Assembly (NCBI RefSeq): GCF_006345805.1
Contig: NC_043012.1
Location: forward strand, 12,338,001 to 12,402,000
Direction of reading: 5' to 3'
Origin: Octopus sinensis
Taxonomy: Eukaryota
Length of the DNA: 64,000 nucleotides
A program made the translations under genes and the position numbers. The notes beneath the pieces were generated by a model that was not told the DNA's origin, searched no databases, and saw nothing but the letters and a program-made list of their open reading frames with translations. Numbering within the stretch: the first letter of the stretch is position 1; each line of letters begins with the position of its first letter. Below are positions 37,470-51,250 of this stretch, one piece after another.

Positions 37470-37959
37470 CAGTAATCCCTCGGCTGTGGAGGCGCGGGGC
37501 TTAGTGGTTAGTGTGTCAGCATCATGACCGTAAGATTGTGGTTTCGATTCCTGGGCCGGACGACGCGTTGTGTTCTTGAGCAAAACACTTCATTTCACGT
37601 TGCTCCATTCCACTCAGCTGGCAAAAATGAGTAACGCTGCGATGGACTGGCGTCCCGTCCAGCTGGGGAACACATACGCCATAGAAACCGGGAAACCGGG
37701 CCCATGAGCCTGGCTAGGCTTTAAAAGGGCACATTTATTATTTTTTTTTATAACCCCTCGACTATCGCGGATGTTACATTCCAAACCCTCCGCAATAGGT
37801 GAAAATCCGCGAAGTAGAAACAGTAATGCATATTCTTTGTATTATCTTTATAATTTGTATATATTTATTTTATTAAAAATGCAAAACAACCGGAAGAATC
37901 GACGTATACTTAAAAAATATACCGCGATAGGTGAACCGCGGTATGGCGAGGGATTACTG
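37470..37959. mobile_element. pogo/Tigger-like MITE interrupted by a SINE
   Basis: TA|CAGTAATCCCTCG ... CGAGGGATTACTG|TA. Confidence 0.85.
37486..37750 (+). mobile_element. tRNA-like SINE, family S4 (CORE-like block plus V-SINE-like GCGATGGACTGGCGTCCCGTCCAG block)
   Basis: A/B boxes TAGTGGTTAG...GGTTTCGATTCC; about 13-bp TSD taa(t/c)ccctcg(g/a)ct; degraded relative at about 47565-47930. Domain names are from recall and unverified. Confidence 0.75.
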
Positions 37960-38000
37960 TAAATATACATATATGTGTGTGCGCGCGCATGCGTGTTTGC

Positions 38001-38038
<38 letters not shown>

Positions 38039-38280
38039 GTTCCAACTCACTGATAGAGCATTCGATTCGCATTTGAAAAAAATCCGCGGTCAGTCCTTGT
38101 TATATTCAAAGCAAATATTTTCAAGGCAGGGCCCAGAATGATACGGTTATATTCATGTTTGTGTGTGTATGTGTGAGTGTGTGTGTCTGTGTGTCTGTGT
38201 CCGTGTGTCTTTGTCCGTGTGTGCGTGCATGTGTGTGTGTTTGTGTGTGTATTTATTCGTCTGTGTGGGTGTATTTATTC

Positions 38281-38324
<44 letters not shown>

Positions 38325-38719
38325 ATTTCAATGTTGCATTTAGAAACTTAGTCACGCTTAAAGTTCGATAGAGCTGGGCCGTGGTACTTTTAATAATGAA
38401 AACATCGTTTCCTAACAAGTGACGGTACAAGTCGGAGTGAAGTAGGAAGACTCTAAAGTAGCAGTGGTGGTATGAGTTGCTGTAACAACAAGTTAGAGGG
38501 GGGGGGGAGTTGAGAAGGGGGAAGGGGGAAGGGAAGGGGATGAAGCGATAAGAACGGAAACGTAACAGTGACGGTTGCAAACAGTCGAAGCAAAAATAGT
38601 GGCAGGAGCTGGAGTGAAGGAAGGGCAGATGGGTTTCAACAGTAGTCTGAAGAACGGAATACTAATGCTATGCGCACGAACATAATTTCATATATTTTAT
38701 AATTCATTTATATCTATCT

Positions 38720-38729
38720 CATCTATCTG

Positions 38730-38792
<63 letters not shown>

Positions 38793-38799
38793 GCCAGTG

Positions 38800-38856
<57 letters not shown>

Positions 38857-38887
38857 GTCTATCTATCTATCTATCTATCTGCCAGTG

Positions 38888-38956
<69 letters not shown>

Positions 38957-39002
38957 GCCAGTGTATCTATCTATCTATCTATCTATCATCTATCTATCTA
39001 TC

Positions 39003-39049
<47 letters not shown>

Positions 39050-39056
39050 GCCAGTG

Positions 39057-39112
<56 letters not shown>

Positions 39113-39149
39113 GCCAGTGTATCTATCTATCTATCTATCTATCTATCTG

Positions 39150-39192
<43 letters not shown>

Positions 39193-39199
39193 GCCAGTG

Positions 39200-39230
<31 letters not shown>
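38720..39230. repeat. (TATC)n with six periodic GCCAGTG interruptions
   Basis: ctgccagtgtatct recurs at about 38791, 38880, 38956, 39048, 39110 and 39191. Confidence 0.9.
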
Positions 39231-39441
39231 TCATGTGTGTGTGTCTGTAATTATGCATGTGTATATGTGTGTGTCTATGCACACACACACATATATATAT
39301 ATACGCACACACACAGATATATATTTATTTGTATACAGGTATATATCATTGTACACACGCACACATTATGCACATATATTATAGTAGCAGAGGAGGTAGT
39401 AGTAATAATACGCTTGAACACCAAGTGCAACAGTAGAAATA

Positions 39442-39504
<63 letters not shown>

Positions 39505-39791
39505 CAGCAGCAGCAGTTGTAGTTAGTAGTGGGTGTTACAATGGTTGCTGTAAAATTCTCCATTGTTATCGACACACATGTTGCTATATGAAGATGATAA
39601 TGGTGTTGCTGTTGCTTGTGGTGTCTTACCGAACCACTCAGTAGTTATCCTACAGACTTATAAAGGATCATAGTCTTTCAAGTCATGACCATCCAACCTG
39701 AGAATTTTTATTTATTTATTTATTTATTTAATTATTTATTCATTTTTTTCATGCTTATATATTTCAAGACGCGTTTTTTACTTGATATATT

Positions 39792-39995
39792 AAGGTGGTG
39801 AGTTGTTGGAACTGTTAGCGCGTGGGTCAAAATGCTTTGAGGTATTTCGTCTGCCGTTACATTCTGAGTTCAAATTCCGCCGAGGTCGTCGACTTTGCCT
39901 TTCATTCTTTCGGAGTCGATAAACTAAGTACCAGTTACGCACTGGGGTCGACGTAATCGCCTCAACCCTCCCCCGAATCCTCAAACCTTGTACCT
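39792..39995 (+). mobile_element. S1 SINE, tail B-like
   Basis: Head, B box and core motifs present. Confidence 0.8.
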
Positions 39996-40119
39996 ATAGA
40001 GCAAAGGATTTTTATTGGATATTTTAAGGCAACGAGGACCGACTGTCACGTGAAGGTAGATGTCCAAAATCAGCAGGAAGTCACATGCTTATGGAATACA
40101 TAGATACCCCCCAGCACAC

Positions 40120-40156
<37 letters not shown>

Positions 40157-40580
40157 TAAATTATATATATGTGAGCGAGTGTGCATTTATCTACGTGGTT
40201 AAGGGTGACGTTTGCGCATTGGCCAATTATAGTATGTGATGCTAAAGCATTTAGTAGTAGGAGCTGAAAAAACTTAGAGCTACTAGTTGATAGGAAAATA
40301 CAAAATGATAGGAAAATATAAACAAACTACAACTATATTTTTCACCTTACTGATTGAAATAGTTATCCATTATTGATTATTACTGCCTAAACATCAAAAC
40401 ACACACACACACACACACACACTCACAGACATAAACATATATGTACACACACAAACACATACACACACGCGCGCACACACACATATATACTCATTTGTAT
40501 GCTGGTTGAAGGTCATTCAAATATTAGAAACTGTAAGTTGTCCATTGTGAATTTAGGCATTATTAGTTACGTCACTACTG

Positions 40581-40643
<63 letters not shown>

Positions 40644-40688
40644 GCTGCTGCTGCTGCTGCTGCTACTACTACTGCAGCTGCTGCTGTA

Positions 40689-40728
<40 letters not shown>

Positions 40729-40749
40729 ATTATGATGCTGTAATTACCC

Positions 40750-40787
<38 letters not shown>

Positions 40788-41149
40788 GCTACTACTATTA
40801 CTGCTGTTGCTACTGCAACTGCTGCTACTACTGCTGCTGCAGCTAACGTATTTAAGTTATTTGACCGCTAAACAAATCCGATATCTACTTTTGGGGATCA
40901 CGACACCACAAGATCAAGAGGATTGTTTTTTTTCTGAGGCCGAGAAAATTGCATAAATTTATCGACGTAAAGCGCTATATATATTATTACAGCAGGTGGC
41001 TAATTTCTCCGCTTACCTGGAGTGTTATCTTTGTTAAAGCGAGGTTAGTGTCAAATAGTTTCTAGGTATTAATTAAACTGTTAAATTCAGTTCGAAAATA
41101 TTTGGACCCCAACATATGACAATATAAGTCTTAATTGATGAGGAAAGGT

Positions 41150-41450
41150 CAATTTGTCAGAAAAAGCAAAAGAAAATCACTACATGAGATCTAAAATGTT
41201 CTTGAACTGAAAAATCCAGCAGAAGATTTGATCTGTTTTTTCTCAAACGAGAAAAACTTCAACCAAGATCGAAAAGAAGAAATGAAAGATGATCATGTGC
41301 AGACACTTCTGAAGTTCCAAGTGTTATGCATACAAAATTTCCAGCAACTGTCATGGCTTTAGGGGTTGTCAGCAATGAAGGAGATGTGATGACTCTTTAC
41401 TACTTTCCACAAGGCATTAGAGTTAACTCTGCCAGAGTCAGAGTAATGTT
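41150..41450 (+). pseudogene. Tc1/mariner (maT-like) transposase remnant
   Basis: FFSNEKNFNQD (decayed first catalytic D motif) ... VPSVMHTKFPATVMALGVVSNEGDVM...FPQGIRVNSA. Confidence 0.75.
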
Positions 41451-41699
41451 CAGAATGAACCAGGACCACTTGATTCGAGCATGTAGATGATTTAGATCTG
41501 TGGAAAAATATTAATGTTTAAAGATAAAAATTATGTCTTAGCTCTGCAAATATTTCAGGGATTTCACTGACAGTATTTGTTTCCTATAAACATCTGCTTC
41601 ATTTCTGAGGATTGGTTGCAAAGAAAGCTTCTCACATATTTCTGAAGTGACAAGCACTAAATAGAATGATAAAAATTCTTTCACATTTTGGTACAATGA

Positions 41700-41882
41700 C
41701 AGAAAATCTTGTGGAAATGGTTAAGTCACTTACATCTAGATTTTTTTTCTTGATTGGTACTTATTTTATCGACCCTGAAATGATGAAAATAAAAATTGAT
41801 CTCAGAATATAAAGGGCTGGAAGAAATGCCGTTATAGTATTTTGTCCGCTGCTCTAACGATTCTGCTCATTTGCCGTCTTAA
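41700..41882 (-). mobile_element. Degraded S1 SINE
   Basis: ggtacttattttatcgaccc core and taacgattctgc head in reverse orientation. Confidence 0.55.
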
Positions 41883-42358
41883 ATATAATGACAATAATAA
41901 GCATAAATAGTTGGTGCATACTCTAAAAATTACGTCGCCTTTATGAAGAATAAAACGAAATTATGCAAGTACACAGCATATTGTTACACAGTTTCCATTA
42001 TTTGGGACATGTAATAGAGACTCCACAAAAAGAAAATGCGACCAATATTTAACTAAAACGCAATAGAACAACACATGAACACACGCACATGCACATAGCA
42101 TACAAAAATAACACTACTATACATTGTGCTCATCCAACGTAGAGCACTTTCAATGATTCAACAAAAACAAAAGCAAGAAAAGATCGTCACAAAATGCACA
42201 CAAAACAGCAGAAGTAAGAGAAATAAGAAATAAAACTCCCTTGATCGTGTATTAAAATACACAATAAATATAAAACTATTGAAGTAAAAGAAATTATTGT
42301 TGTCATCTAATATTTTCAGTCTTGAAACTTATTGTTTTATATTTTTTTCTTCTTACAG

Positions 42359-42491
42359 AGTGGCATCGTATCTGCTCTTCCTCATCTTGTTATGGCTATT
42401 ATTGTACCATTTGGTGGTCAGTTGGCCGATTTTTTGAGGCGAAATGGCTACTTATCAACCACAAATGTAAGGAAAATATTTAACTGCGGAG
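42359..42491 (+). CDS. VGLUT: VGLUT exon F (133 nt): [44 protein letters not shown](G)
   Basis: ttacAG| acceptor and G|GTTTGT donor (weak, but required for phase with exon G). Confidence 0.95.
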
Positions 42492-42617
42492 GTTTGTATA
42501 TATCTATATTTATTTATTTAACCACTTTTTAAATACATCTTCAATTGCTTTTCGCAAAATAAATTGTCTACATGGTACCTTAGTGTAATATTTACACGTA
42601 CCCACACAGAGATGTGT

Positions 42618-42815
42618 GGAGAAACAATGGCCCAGTGGTTAGGGCAGCGGACTCGTGGTCGGAGGATCGCGGTTTCGATTCCCAAACCGGATGTTGTGCA
42701 TTTATTGAGCGAAAATACCTAATAGCTCCACGAGGCTCCGGCAGAGGGTGGTGGCAATCCCTATTATACTCTTCCGCCCCAACTTTCTCTGTTCTTTGTT
42801 GTTTTCATTTATTTT
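42618..42815 (+). mobile_element. SINE family S3, 3'-truncated
   Basis: Head and body match. Confidence 0.8.
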
Positions 42816-43243
42816 AAACGTGAAAGATTACAGGAGAGTACAGGTCATGCTACACAAGCACATCCCATGGAGCAAGAAACTTATCGGAGTTCATATTTAA
42901 ATCCTGTCTCTTGCTAAATAGTATGCTTTCTTTATTGATCATACAAATAAAGGAACAGTATACTACGATTGTATACATATATGTGTGTGTGTGTGAGGGA
43001 GAGTGTGTATGTGTGTGTGTGAGAAAGAGATTGTGTTTGCATGTGTGTGTGCGTGTGTAGGACGAAATTATTTTCAATTAACTAAGATATTTCTTTTGTA
43101 TAAAGCGATCAACAATAAAACAAAGAATAAAAAAAGGAATCCAACAATAATAATAAATCTAAAATTCAGCGAAATCCAGAAAATATAATCAAGCTACATG
43201 TTCATTCAAATAAATACATTAACATATATATATACATTGTCCC

Positions 43244-43474
43244 AGGTGGCGAGCTGGCAGAAACGTGAGCACGCCGGGCGAAATGCGAAGCCGTATTTCG
43301 TCTACCGTTACGTTCTAAGTTCAAATTCCGCCGAGGTCGACTTTGCCTTTCACCCTTTCGGGGCCGATTAAATAAGTAGCAGTTACGCTCTGGAGTCCAT
43401 ATAATCGACTTAATCCCTTTGTCTGTCCTTGTTTGTCCTCTCTGTGTTTAGCCCCTTGTGGGTAGTAAAGAAAT
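43244..43474 (+). mobile_element. SINE family S1, tail A, full length
   Basis: About 20-bp TSD atatatatatac(a/g)ttgtccc. Confidence 0.9.
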
Positions 43475-44399
43475 ATATATATACGTTGTCCCTGCATATT
43501 TGTTTTATCTCACCCACACACACATATGTACATACATTTGTGCGTATATGTGTGACTGTATGCATTTAAATATATATTTTTTTCATTTATGAGTGAGTAT
43601 AAATCCATTACGCTATAATGTGTTTGCAATCAATTCGATGTATCGATGATTCTTTCCTATATGAATAATTTATTTGCGATCATTTCCTGTTATTTTGCCT
43701 TCTCTGTAGTATTTGTTGAGTTGCGTCTATTAGGCTAAATTCCACAAGTCTATACGTATTCAGATATTTACTGGACAAACTTCTACTTTTATTTGCTTGA
43801 ATGTTTGTGGTTCGTCTGTGTCTACCTACGTAACACTATTTGTGTGTCTGTAAGGTGTCCTCAAAAGTTCTGGTTCACTTGGTTTGTCATGGTTTATATT
43901 TGTATATTTCCCTGTCGACAGTGAATTAGAAGTCATGGAGGACACGTTAGGAAGGTTGTACCAAATTCTGTACTACTCCTCAGACAACGCCCTGTTTTCA
44001 GATTCTGCTTCGATCAAATTTGCGCACTTTACAAACGAGACATATACTGGCGACCGGTCAATATATATTTCCCTTTTCCCGTGTTTTGTATCAGCAAAAG
44101 AAATAGCAGAGATTTTAGGAAGTGGGACGAAATGTTTGAATTATTTAGTTACGTATATCACATTATACTTCAGCTAATTTTGCATTAGTAAAAATGTGAA
44201 AATTACATGCATCTGCATTATGCATATATAATCATTATATGCATATGGCATTATACTTATATCTTTAACTATTCTACCAATATTGCTGAACAACTACTAC
44301 ACTTCCACTATATAAATAACATAGAAAAGTTTCTCACTAAACTCCACCACTTAAAATAGCACTTACAAAACAATAAACCTCAGGTAACCCTCACCCGAT

Positions 44400-44810
44400 G
44401 GTGGTTACAGCAGTCGCTGCCAAAGAGAATCCGATCAGAAAGTGACAGTTTACTGTTTGTCTGCATTTATTGCTGCTGGTGTGCAACACAACATACTATT
44501 CCAGGCTGGTGAGGCTGTTATTATTGCACATATTTCTCAATGCCTGTATGTTATAGCGTTTGCATGGGCAGAGTCGGAGATATATTTCTTAAGTTCTGCT
44601 GCACTAGTATTCTCGGTTATGGTAGACATGACTCTATGTGAGTAGATGGTGGGGTGATTTGTTTTATATTAGTGGCATGACATGGAATCTGGTGACTGAA
44701 TATTGCCGTAGCAACAAACGGCGCTCCTTCAGTGTTCAATACACCGATTTGATGAGTGTACGCTGCTTGAATACTGACACACACATATGAATTGGAGAGT
44801 CTTGACATGA
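44400..44810 (-). pseudogene. Possible highly degraded RTE-like LINE C-terminal fragment
   Basis: Weak similarity of TLKERRLL...VTRF...LRLCPCKRYNIQAL to the RTE LxxRRLRWxGHVxRM...RxxDxxKRDxKAL region. Confidence 0.35.
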
Positions 44811-46456
44811 ACTTTTAAACTTTAGTCGTAGAAATTAACAGCGTAATCATTATTAGCTGTAATTTAGAAGACTGTTAATTTAAAACTTTTGGGCAAATTG
44901 ATAGGAATGGGTGCTATTCTATTGAACCCATGCTGTATACAAATAACGAAGGGATGAACGAAAAAGTGCTGGAAAGTCCATTTGGAAAGGATTTGAACTT
45001 AGACTGTCAAAGGATGCAATTAAAACTGCAGCTAATTTATTCGGCTCTCTAAAATTTTTGTCGCTCAAAATTTGGAGCAATTAAATGGTAATGAAATATT
45101 TAGCGTTTTAATTGGTTCTGGCTTTTGCCCATTGGCCATCTTGACTTTTTTGTTTTCAGATGGAAACCATGTATTTAGGAGTACATAATCAAATATCTTT
45201 CTCCATTGAATTCACTTATCTGTGATTTGAACGGGATCTAGCTGAAAATCGCAGCAGGTCGAGCGCCATTCTGTACTGTAGTTTCCGTTTGCCGACTTAT
45301 ATCTCAATAGATTCCGGTTTCTTACGATTTCTATCCGTAATTTAAAATTTCTATAATCGAATGCATTTTCGATCATAGTCTTTTATTTTCTATTAACTTG
45401 CTTCCAAACCTTATTCAATATTTTCGTCATCAGAAAACAGCTAGTTAATTATAATTTCTAATTGCTAAATCAGTCGATGTCTGATTGCTGAGGGCACATT
45501 CTGATATTGTTTCCTTTACTTTGATAATCCACTGTGTAAATTTAATAGATCCCTTAACTTCTAGTTGTGTTCATTTTAACAATAGGAGAATTCTATTGGC
45601 ACATGTAGAATATTGAAACCTAAAGTCTGAAGATTTCCATTCCCTTCTTATCTTGACCTTTTATTGCCTGATTCTTAAGAATGTTAAATCGCTTTAAAGG
45701 GGAAGCAAAATAAAGAAATCCATAACGAGACCTTTCTCGGGCAATAATTGGTATTTACTTCACGCCATTGCAGGGGTTTCCATTTTATTAACGCTGTCTT
45801 ATGTAACAAAATTTGATTCCAACTTATGCTTCATTTTAATACATTTATATTTTCCAATATCAACAAATGGGGAACAGGTATTGGAATATATATATTATTA
45901 TGAATTAATGTCGATTCAAAATTTTACTTTGCCTTTATTTACAAATATAATTAATCGTAAACCATAAAAAGTGATACACTTTTCTAATGCATTTTATACG
46001 GTTCTATAGACCTTGTCAGTCTAGTTATGTTAGACCAATGTTTTAATTACTTCTATACTTGTAGACATTTTAAAAATAAATTTAGCACAAGCCCTGCAAT
46101 TTTACTTTTAATTATGTGAAGTTTTTCTTGTACGGAAGGAGATAAACATCATCAGGGGTTGTAGACAACAATATCATATTCGCTTGTTGAACTTGAGAGA
46201 AGTCTTGCGTAATCTTAATGTTTCAACTACTGACTGTATTTGTAGTGATGATTGATTTCTTTTTCGAAAACCTTAGATTTCCAGACTGTAACTTTGGCAT
46301 TTACTCACAAACCCAAATGCAGCAATGATTATTGGTGTAAATTGGAATTTCTAACTTGGGTATTGAATCAGGAGATTTCAAAACAATTGTCAGTAGTTAT
46401 TCGCTTGCTCCTATGTTATGTATGTATGTATGTATGTATGTATGTATGTATGTATG

Positions 46457-46487
<31 letters not shown>

Positions 46488-46539
46488 GTATGTATGTATG
46501 TATGTATATATGGAAATCTAATCTTTTTGTTTTTCTTAA

Positions 46540-46984
46540 GGCTTAAGGCTGTATCATGCGCGGGGACATAGAAATAATCGGACTAAATACACGTTCGCGC
46601 GGTTAAACCATTGGGAGTGAAGGACTCCTAGGGCATCCTTCTAGGAGAAGGTAACTCAGGTAACTGGGATAACTCCGACATAAAACCTGCGGCTCAGTGG
46701 TTACCGATGATGTTAACTTGTTCTTCTTTTCTGATTATGGCTGCTGTTGCTTAGTGAGTGGGATTGACTCTGTGCACAGCCTTTCCTCACTTTAAAAAAA
46801 ATCTTCCTGCAGAGGCATTGCACGGTAACAACATTGTTCATGATTGTTGATCTTGCTGTGAGTCTCAACTGAATGGCTGGCTGTAGCCTTAAAAAGCAAT
46901 TAAAAGTCACATTCGATCACAGCACCAATAACAGTTAAGCTTCGTGCAATGGCCATCCTCGATAAAGAGGGGGCAGCCATCGTC
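46540..46984. mobile_element. Unclassified retroposon-like segment ending directly in a long (TATG)n tract
   Basis: Higher-complexity, GC-richer segment; ...ggggcagccatcgtc joined to (TATG)n 46985-47405. Confidence 0.35.
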
Positions 46985-47405
46985 TATGTATGTATGTATG
47001 TATGTATGTATGTATGTATGTATGTATGTATGTATGTATGTATGCATGCATGTATGTATGTATGCATGCATGTATGTATGAATGTGTGTATGTATGTATG
47101 TATGTATGTATGTATATATGTAAGTATGAATGTGTGTATGTATGTATGTATGTATGTATGTATGTATGTATGTATGTATGCATGCATGTATGTATGTATG
47201 TATGTATGTATGTATGTATGTATGCATGCATGTATGTATGTATGTATGCATGCATGTATGTATGTATGTATGCATGCATGTATGTATGTATGTATGTATG
47301 TATGTATGTATGTATGTATGCATGAATGTGTGTATGTATGTATGTATGTATGTATAGTATGTATGTATGTATGTATGTATGTATGTATGTATGTATGTAT
47401 GTGCA
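46985..47405. repeat. (TATG)n microsatellite
   Basis: Direct reading. Confidence 0.95.
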
Positions 47406-48814
47406 TAAATGTATGTTTGTATTTCTATGTGCTTGTGCAGTTGTTTAGTCTCAAGTCAGCTCTTGTTGAACAGATACTTTCAGGACATTTCAGTCACAAA
47501 AATGCCATCTTTCCGCCAGTCAGATTCTTTAGTATTCATTATCACACATAAAAACGCATCGTTATGTGGCTAGAGCGTCAGCCTTATAATCATGATGTTG
47601 TGATTTCGATCCCAGACTGAGTTGAGTGTTGTGTTCTTGAGCAAGACGCTTTATTTCATGACGTTTCTTTTCAACCAGCTATAGAAATGAACTAAGACGT
47701 CACCGCTGCTAAGGTGTATCAACCTTTGATTTTTTTCTTGGATTGCATGAGCGAAGTGGACGCGAGAGACTGCTTGGGCGACTGCTTATCTTCTACAAAC
47801 AGCCTTGCCCGCACTTGTGCATTTGAGGGGAACTTTCTAGGTGCAATCCTCTGGACATTCGTAGCCGAAGGGCGTCGTTATCCTTTCATCATCCCTTATA
47901 ATTTTTCTTTCTTCATGACGGTAGGATGTGATTAAACAAAAGTTTCGGCTGCTACTTCTATCCGCTCGAACGACCGTATAGACAATTTCTTATTAGTTAT
48001 TTGGTTCTGTTCTTTTTGAATTCGTGTATGTAACGTTCTTGTAAATATTTGAGCATACATGCAAACCCAAAGTAGTGAAGATCGTCATCCGGTTTCGTGT
48101 GAGTGCAGGATTTTCAGTCTTCGTATGTGAATGTATTTGTCTGTATATGTGCCTTGTGCGATGAGTTTGTGTGTATATAAGTTAATGAATGCGCGTGTAT
48201 ATATGCATTTCTGTACAAATGTATGTTGTTTTCTTTATGGAACACCAACATCCTATTTTGCAAACAGATCCACAGAATGTTCTCACCATTTCTTCCGTTA
48301 CAGCTCGACATACGTTTGATTTCATTACTATTTATGTTGATGTTCGCATCCTAGCTGTCTTCCATGTTGTTGTAATTCTGTTTGGTGTTGTTGTTGTTGT
48401 GCTTGATGTTGTTGTTGTTGCTACTGATGTTGTTGGTATTCTTATTAGAATAGCTTGATTCTCTGTAGGTCATTATGCTGCATACTTCTGTAAGCATCCA
48501 TCCGAAAGATAAGGTTCTAATCAATAATGTATGCTTTTGTATGTATTGTATCTGAACATTAGCAAAGCTCTCTTCCTTATCTTTCGCTTCTTCCTTTCGC
48601 TTTTCTTCAAACTTAGATTTTCTTCCTTTCCTCCATTTTCTTTTATCATAGGCATAATGCATATGTGGTTGTATTTTTTATGTGACTTTTTAGTGTGTGC
48701 GCGTGTATATACGTACATATATCTCTATAGACACGTAGATTTATCAACAAAGTAGCATATATACATACATACATATATATAAATTATATATATATATTAT
48801 ATATATATATATAT

Positions 48815-48847
<33 letters not shown>

Positions 48848-49034
48848 ACTAAGAATAAAGGGTTTAGCAACGAATTGCCTTACCACATACCGAATTTAGA
48901 AATAGCAGTCAAAGAGTTATAGCTATTTCTTCTACTAAAAAGGGAGATCTCAGTAAAAACAGCAATTGGAAGGCAGACCACAAACAGGTAAGAGAGAATG
49001 AATTGACGGCAATCTATCATACATTTTTAAGTTA

Positions 49035-49138
49035 TCTACGGACGTACGTTTCGAAATCAAGTTTTTAGGAACATAAGAATTAAATATAAGTATTAAATAA
49101 TTCTATCTTACCGAAACTTCTTTTCTCTTCAGCGTAGA
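49035..49138 (-). ncRNA. Minimal type I hammerhead, canonical, with a large stem II loop
   Basis: UCUACG-CUGAAGA-GAAA...UUUC-GAAAC-GUAC-GUC-CGUAGA; 6-bp stem I, palindromic GUAC loop, GUC cleavage triplet. Confidence 0.85.
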
Positions 49139-49379
49139 ATACTATAATCATAAATGATTATATATTGAATTTTGAGATACTAGAAGGCACCAACTCAACT
49201 CAGTATCAGAGCGAGCCTAGAATCCGCAACTAGTATCACCGAATTCAATATGTGAATGAAACGATTGTGTCACCAGCCCCTTCCCACCCGCGTGTATATA
49301 TATATATGTATGTATGTATGTATATGTATATAAATATATGTATATGTATATGTATAGTATATAATATATATATTATATG

Positions 49380-49437
<58 letters not shown>

Positions 49438-49577
49438 ATATATATATGCATATGTGAGTATACATGTGTATATATTTCAATGTATGAACATATGTGTGTG
49501 TGTCCGTGTGTGTATATATCCAGATAATATGTAAATATAGTTACCGTAATTAACATACATGAATCATATATATATAC

Positions 49578-49619
<42 letters not shown>

Positions 49620-50336
49620 TGGCATAATCCTATGGTTGGAGCATATCGCTTTTGAATTCACATGATTCTAAATTCAATATCACTACTCCCCCGCATTTTA
49701 AAATTGTCTCTTGACCAAGAAGTTGTGGATGCAATGTGAGAAATCACATGTTTGGAAATCACGGGGTGGAGACCGTTCCAACTTTATATCAGGAACCTTA
49801 ATACTTTGCCTGTATTAGCACTGCTACTTGGCGAAGTACATCCAGATGTAAGCATTCTGCACAAGTCTCAGGCCAAAATTATATTCTTTTAATCCTCCAG
49901 CAGTTCTTGTAAAAGAGTAATGGAATCATGTGTCAATTTGTTAGATATCAACTTAAAAGACTAAAGACAGGATATAACGCTCACCGTTATTACTAACCGT
50001 TTATTGTCTTATAACTGCTTCTAAACGTTGACGCACGAACTTAATGCTTGGCGTCGCTCTTAAGCCTCATTTTTACTTACCGAGAGACAGGAATCAACAA
50101 GAAATAAGTTATGCCCAATGGCACAGCACATCTCTCAGTCTGGGGGATGGAAAGAATTATCGTACGATCGAGGGCCTAGATGTTAACCGCAAAATCATAC
50201 ACTTACACAGAATGTAATGTAGATATAAAATTAAGAGATAATAAATATCAGACTGAAAGAGATATTTGGGTCGCTGTAATCGACTATGAACAAGCCTTGA
50301 CTGGGGTTTATCAGTATAATTGCAGATTAATAATTA

Positions 50337-50396
<60 letters not shown>

Positions 50397-50414
50397 GACT
50401 ATATGTATGCCTGT

Positions 50415-50482
<68 letters not shown>

Positions 50483-50525
50483 TTATCTATCTATCTATAT
50501 ATCTGTCTGTCTATCTATCTATCTC

Positions 50526-50570
<45 letters not shown>

Positions 50571-50859
50571 ATATCTATATATCTATCTATCTATCTATCA
50601 ATAATAATGGGTAAAATTAATTAATCAATTAATAATTAATAATTTTACCTAGTAGTTCGGTATGTTAAAAGAACCATTATCGGTAACCTTATACAACGAT
50701 TCAGCAAAAATTGCTTCACCACATACCGAAATTTAGAAATAGCAGTTAAATTCTGCTATTTCTCAGAAATAGTTAAATACCTTTTTATCTAGTTCTCTTC
50801 ACTGTCTCCACAAAGCTTCCATCTATCTTTCTACTAGAGCCACCATCGACAACGTCGTC

Positions 50860-51250
50860 ACTCTTCTTCTTCTTCTTCTTCTTCTTCTATTCGTCTTCCT
50901 TCTTCTTCTTCTTATTTCTTCTCTATTCTCTTTTCTTTTTCTTCTTCTCTTTCTTCTCCTTCTTCTTCTTCTTCTTCTTCTTCTTTCTTCTTATCTCTTC
51001 TTTTCTTCTTGTTCTATTTTCTTTTTCTCTTTCTTCTTTTTTCTCTTCTTCTTTCTGTTTTTCTTTCTTGTTCTTCGTTCTTTTTCTCTTCTTCTTCTTC
51101 TTTCGTTCTCTTTTTCTTTTTCTCTTCTCCCCTCTTTTTCTTTTTCTTCTGTCTTCTTCTTCTTCTTCTTGCTTCTTCTACTTCTTCTTCTATCTCTTCT
51201 CTTCTTTTCTTCTTCTTCTTTTCTCTTCTCTTCTTCTTCTTACATATTTC
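50860..51250. repeat. (CTT)n-rich polypyrimidine tract
   Basis: Direct reading. Confidence 0.9.

Noticed and set aside
43884-44177. 97-aa non-repetitive ORF in intron F-G
   Set aside because: No recognisable motif on either strand and no convincing splice sites; possibly a decayed repeat.
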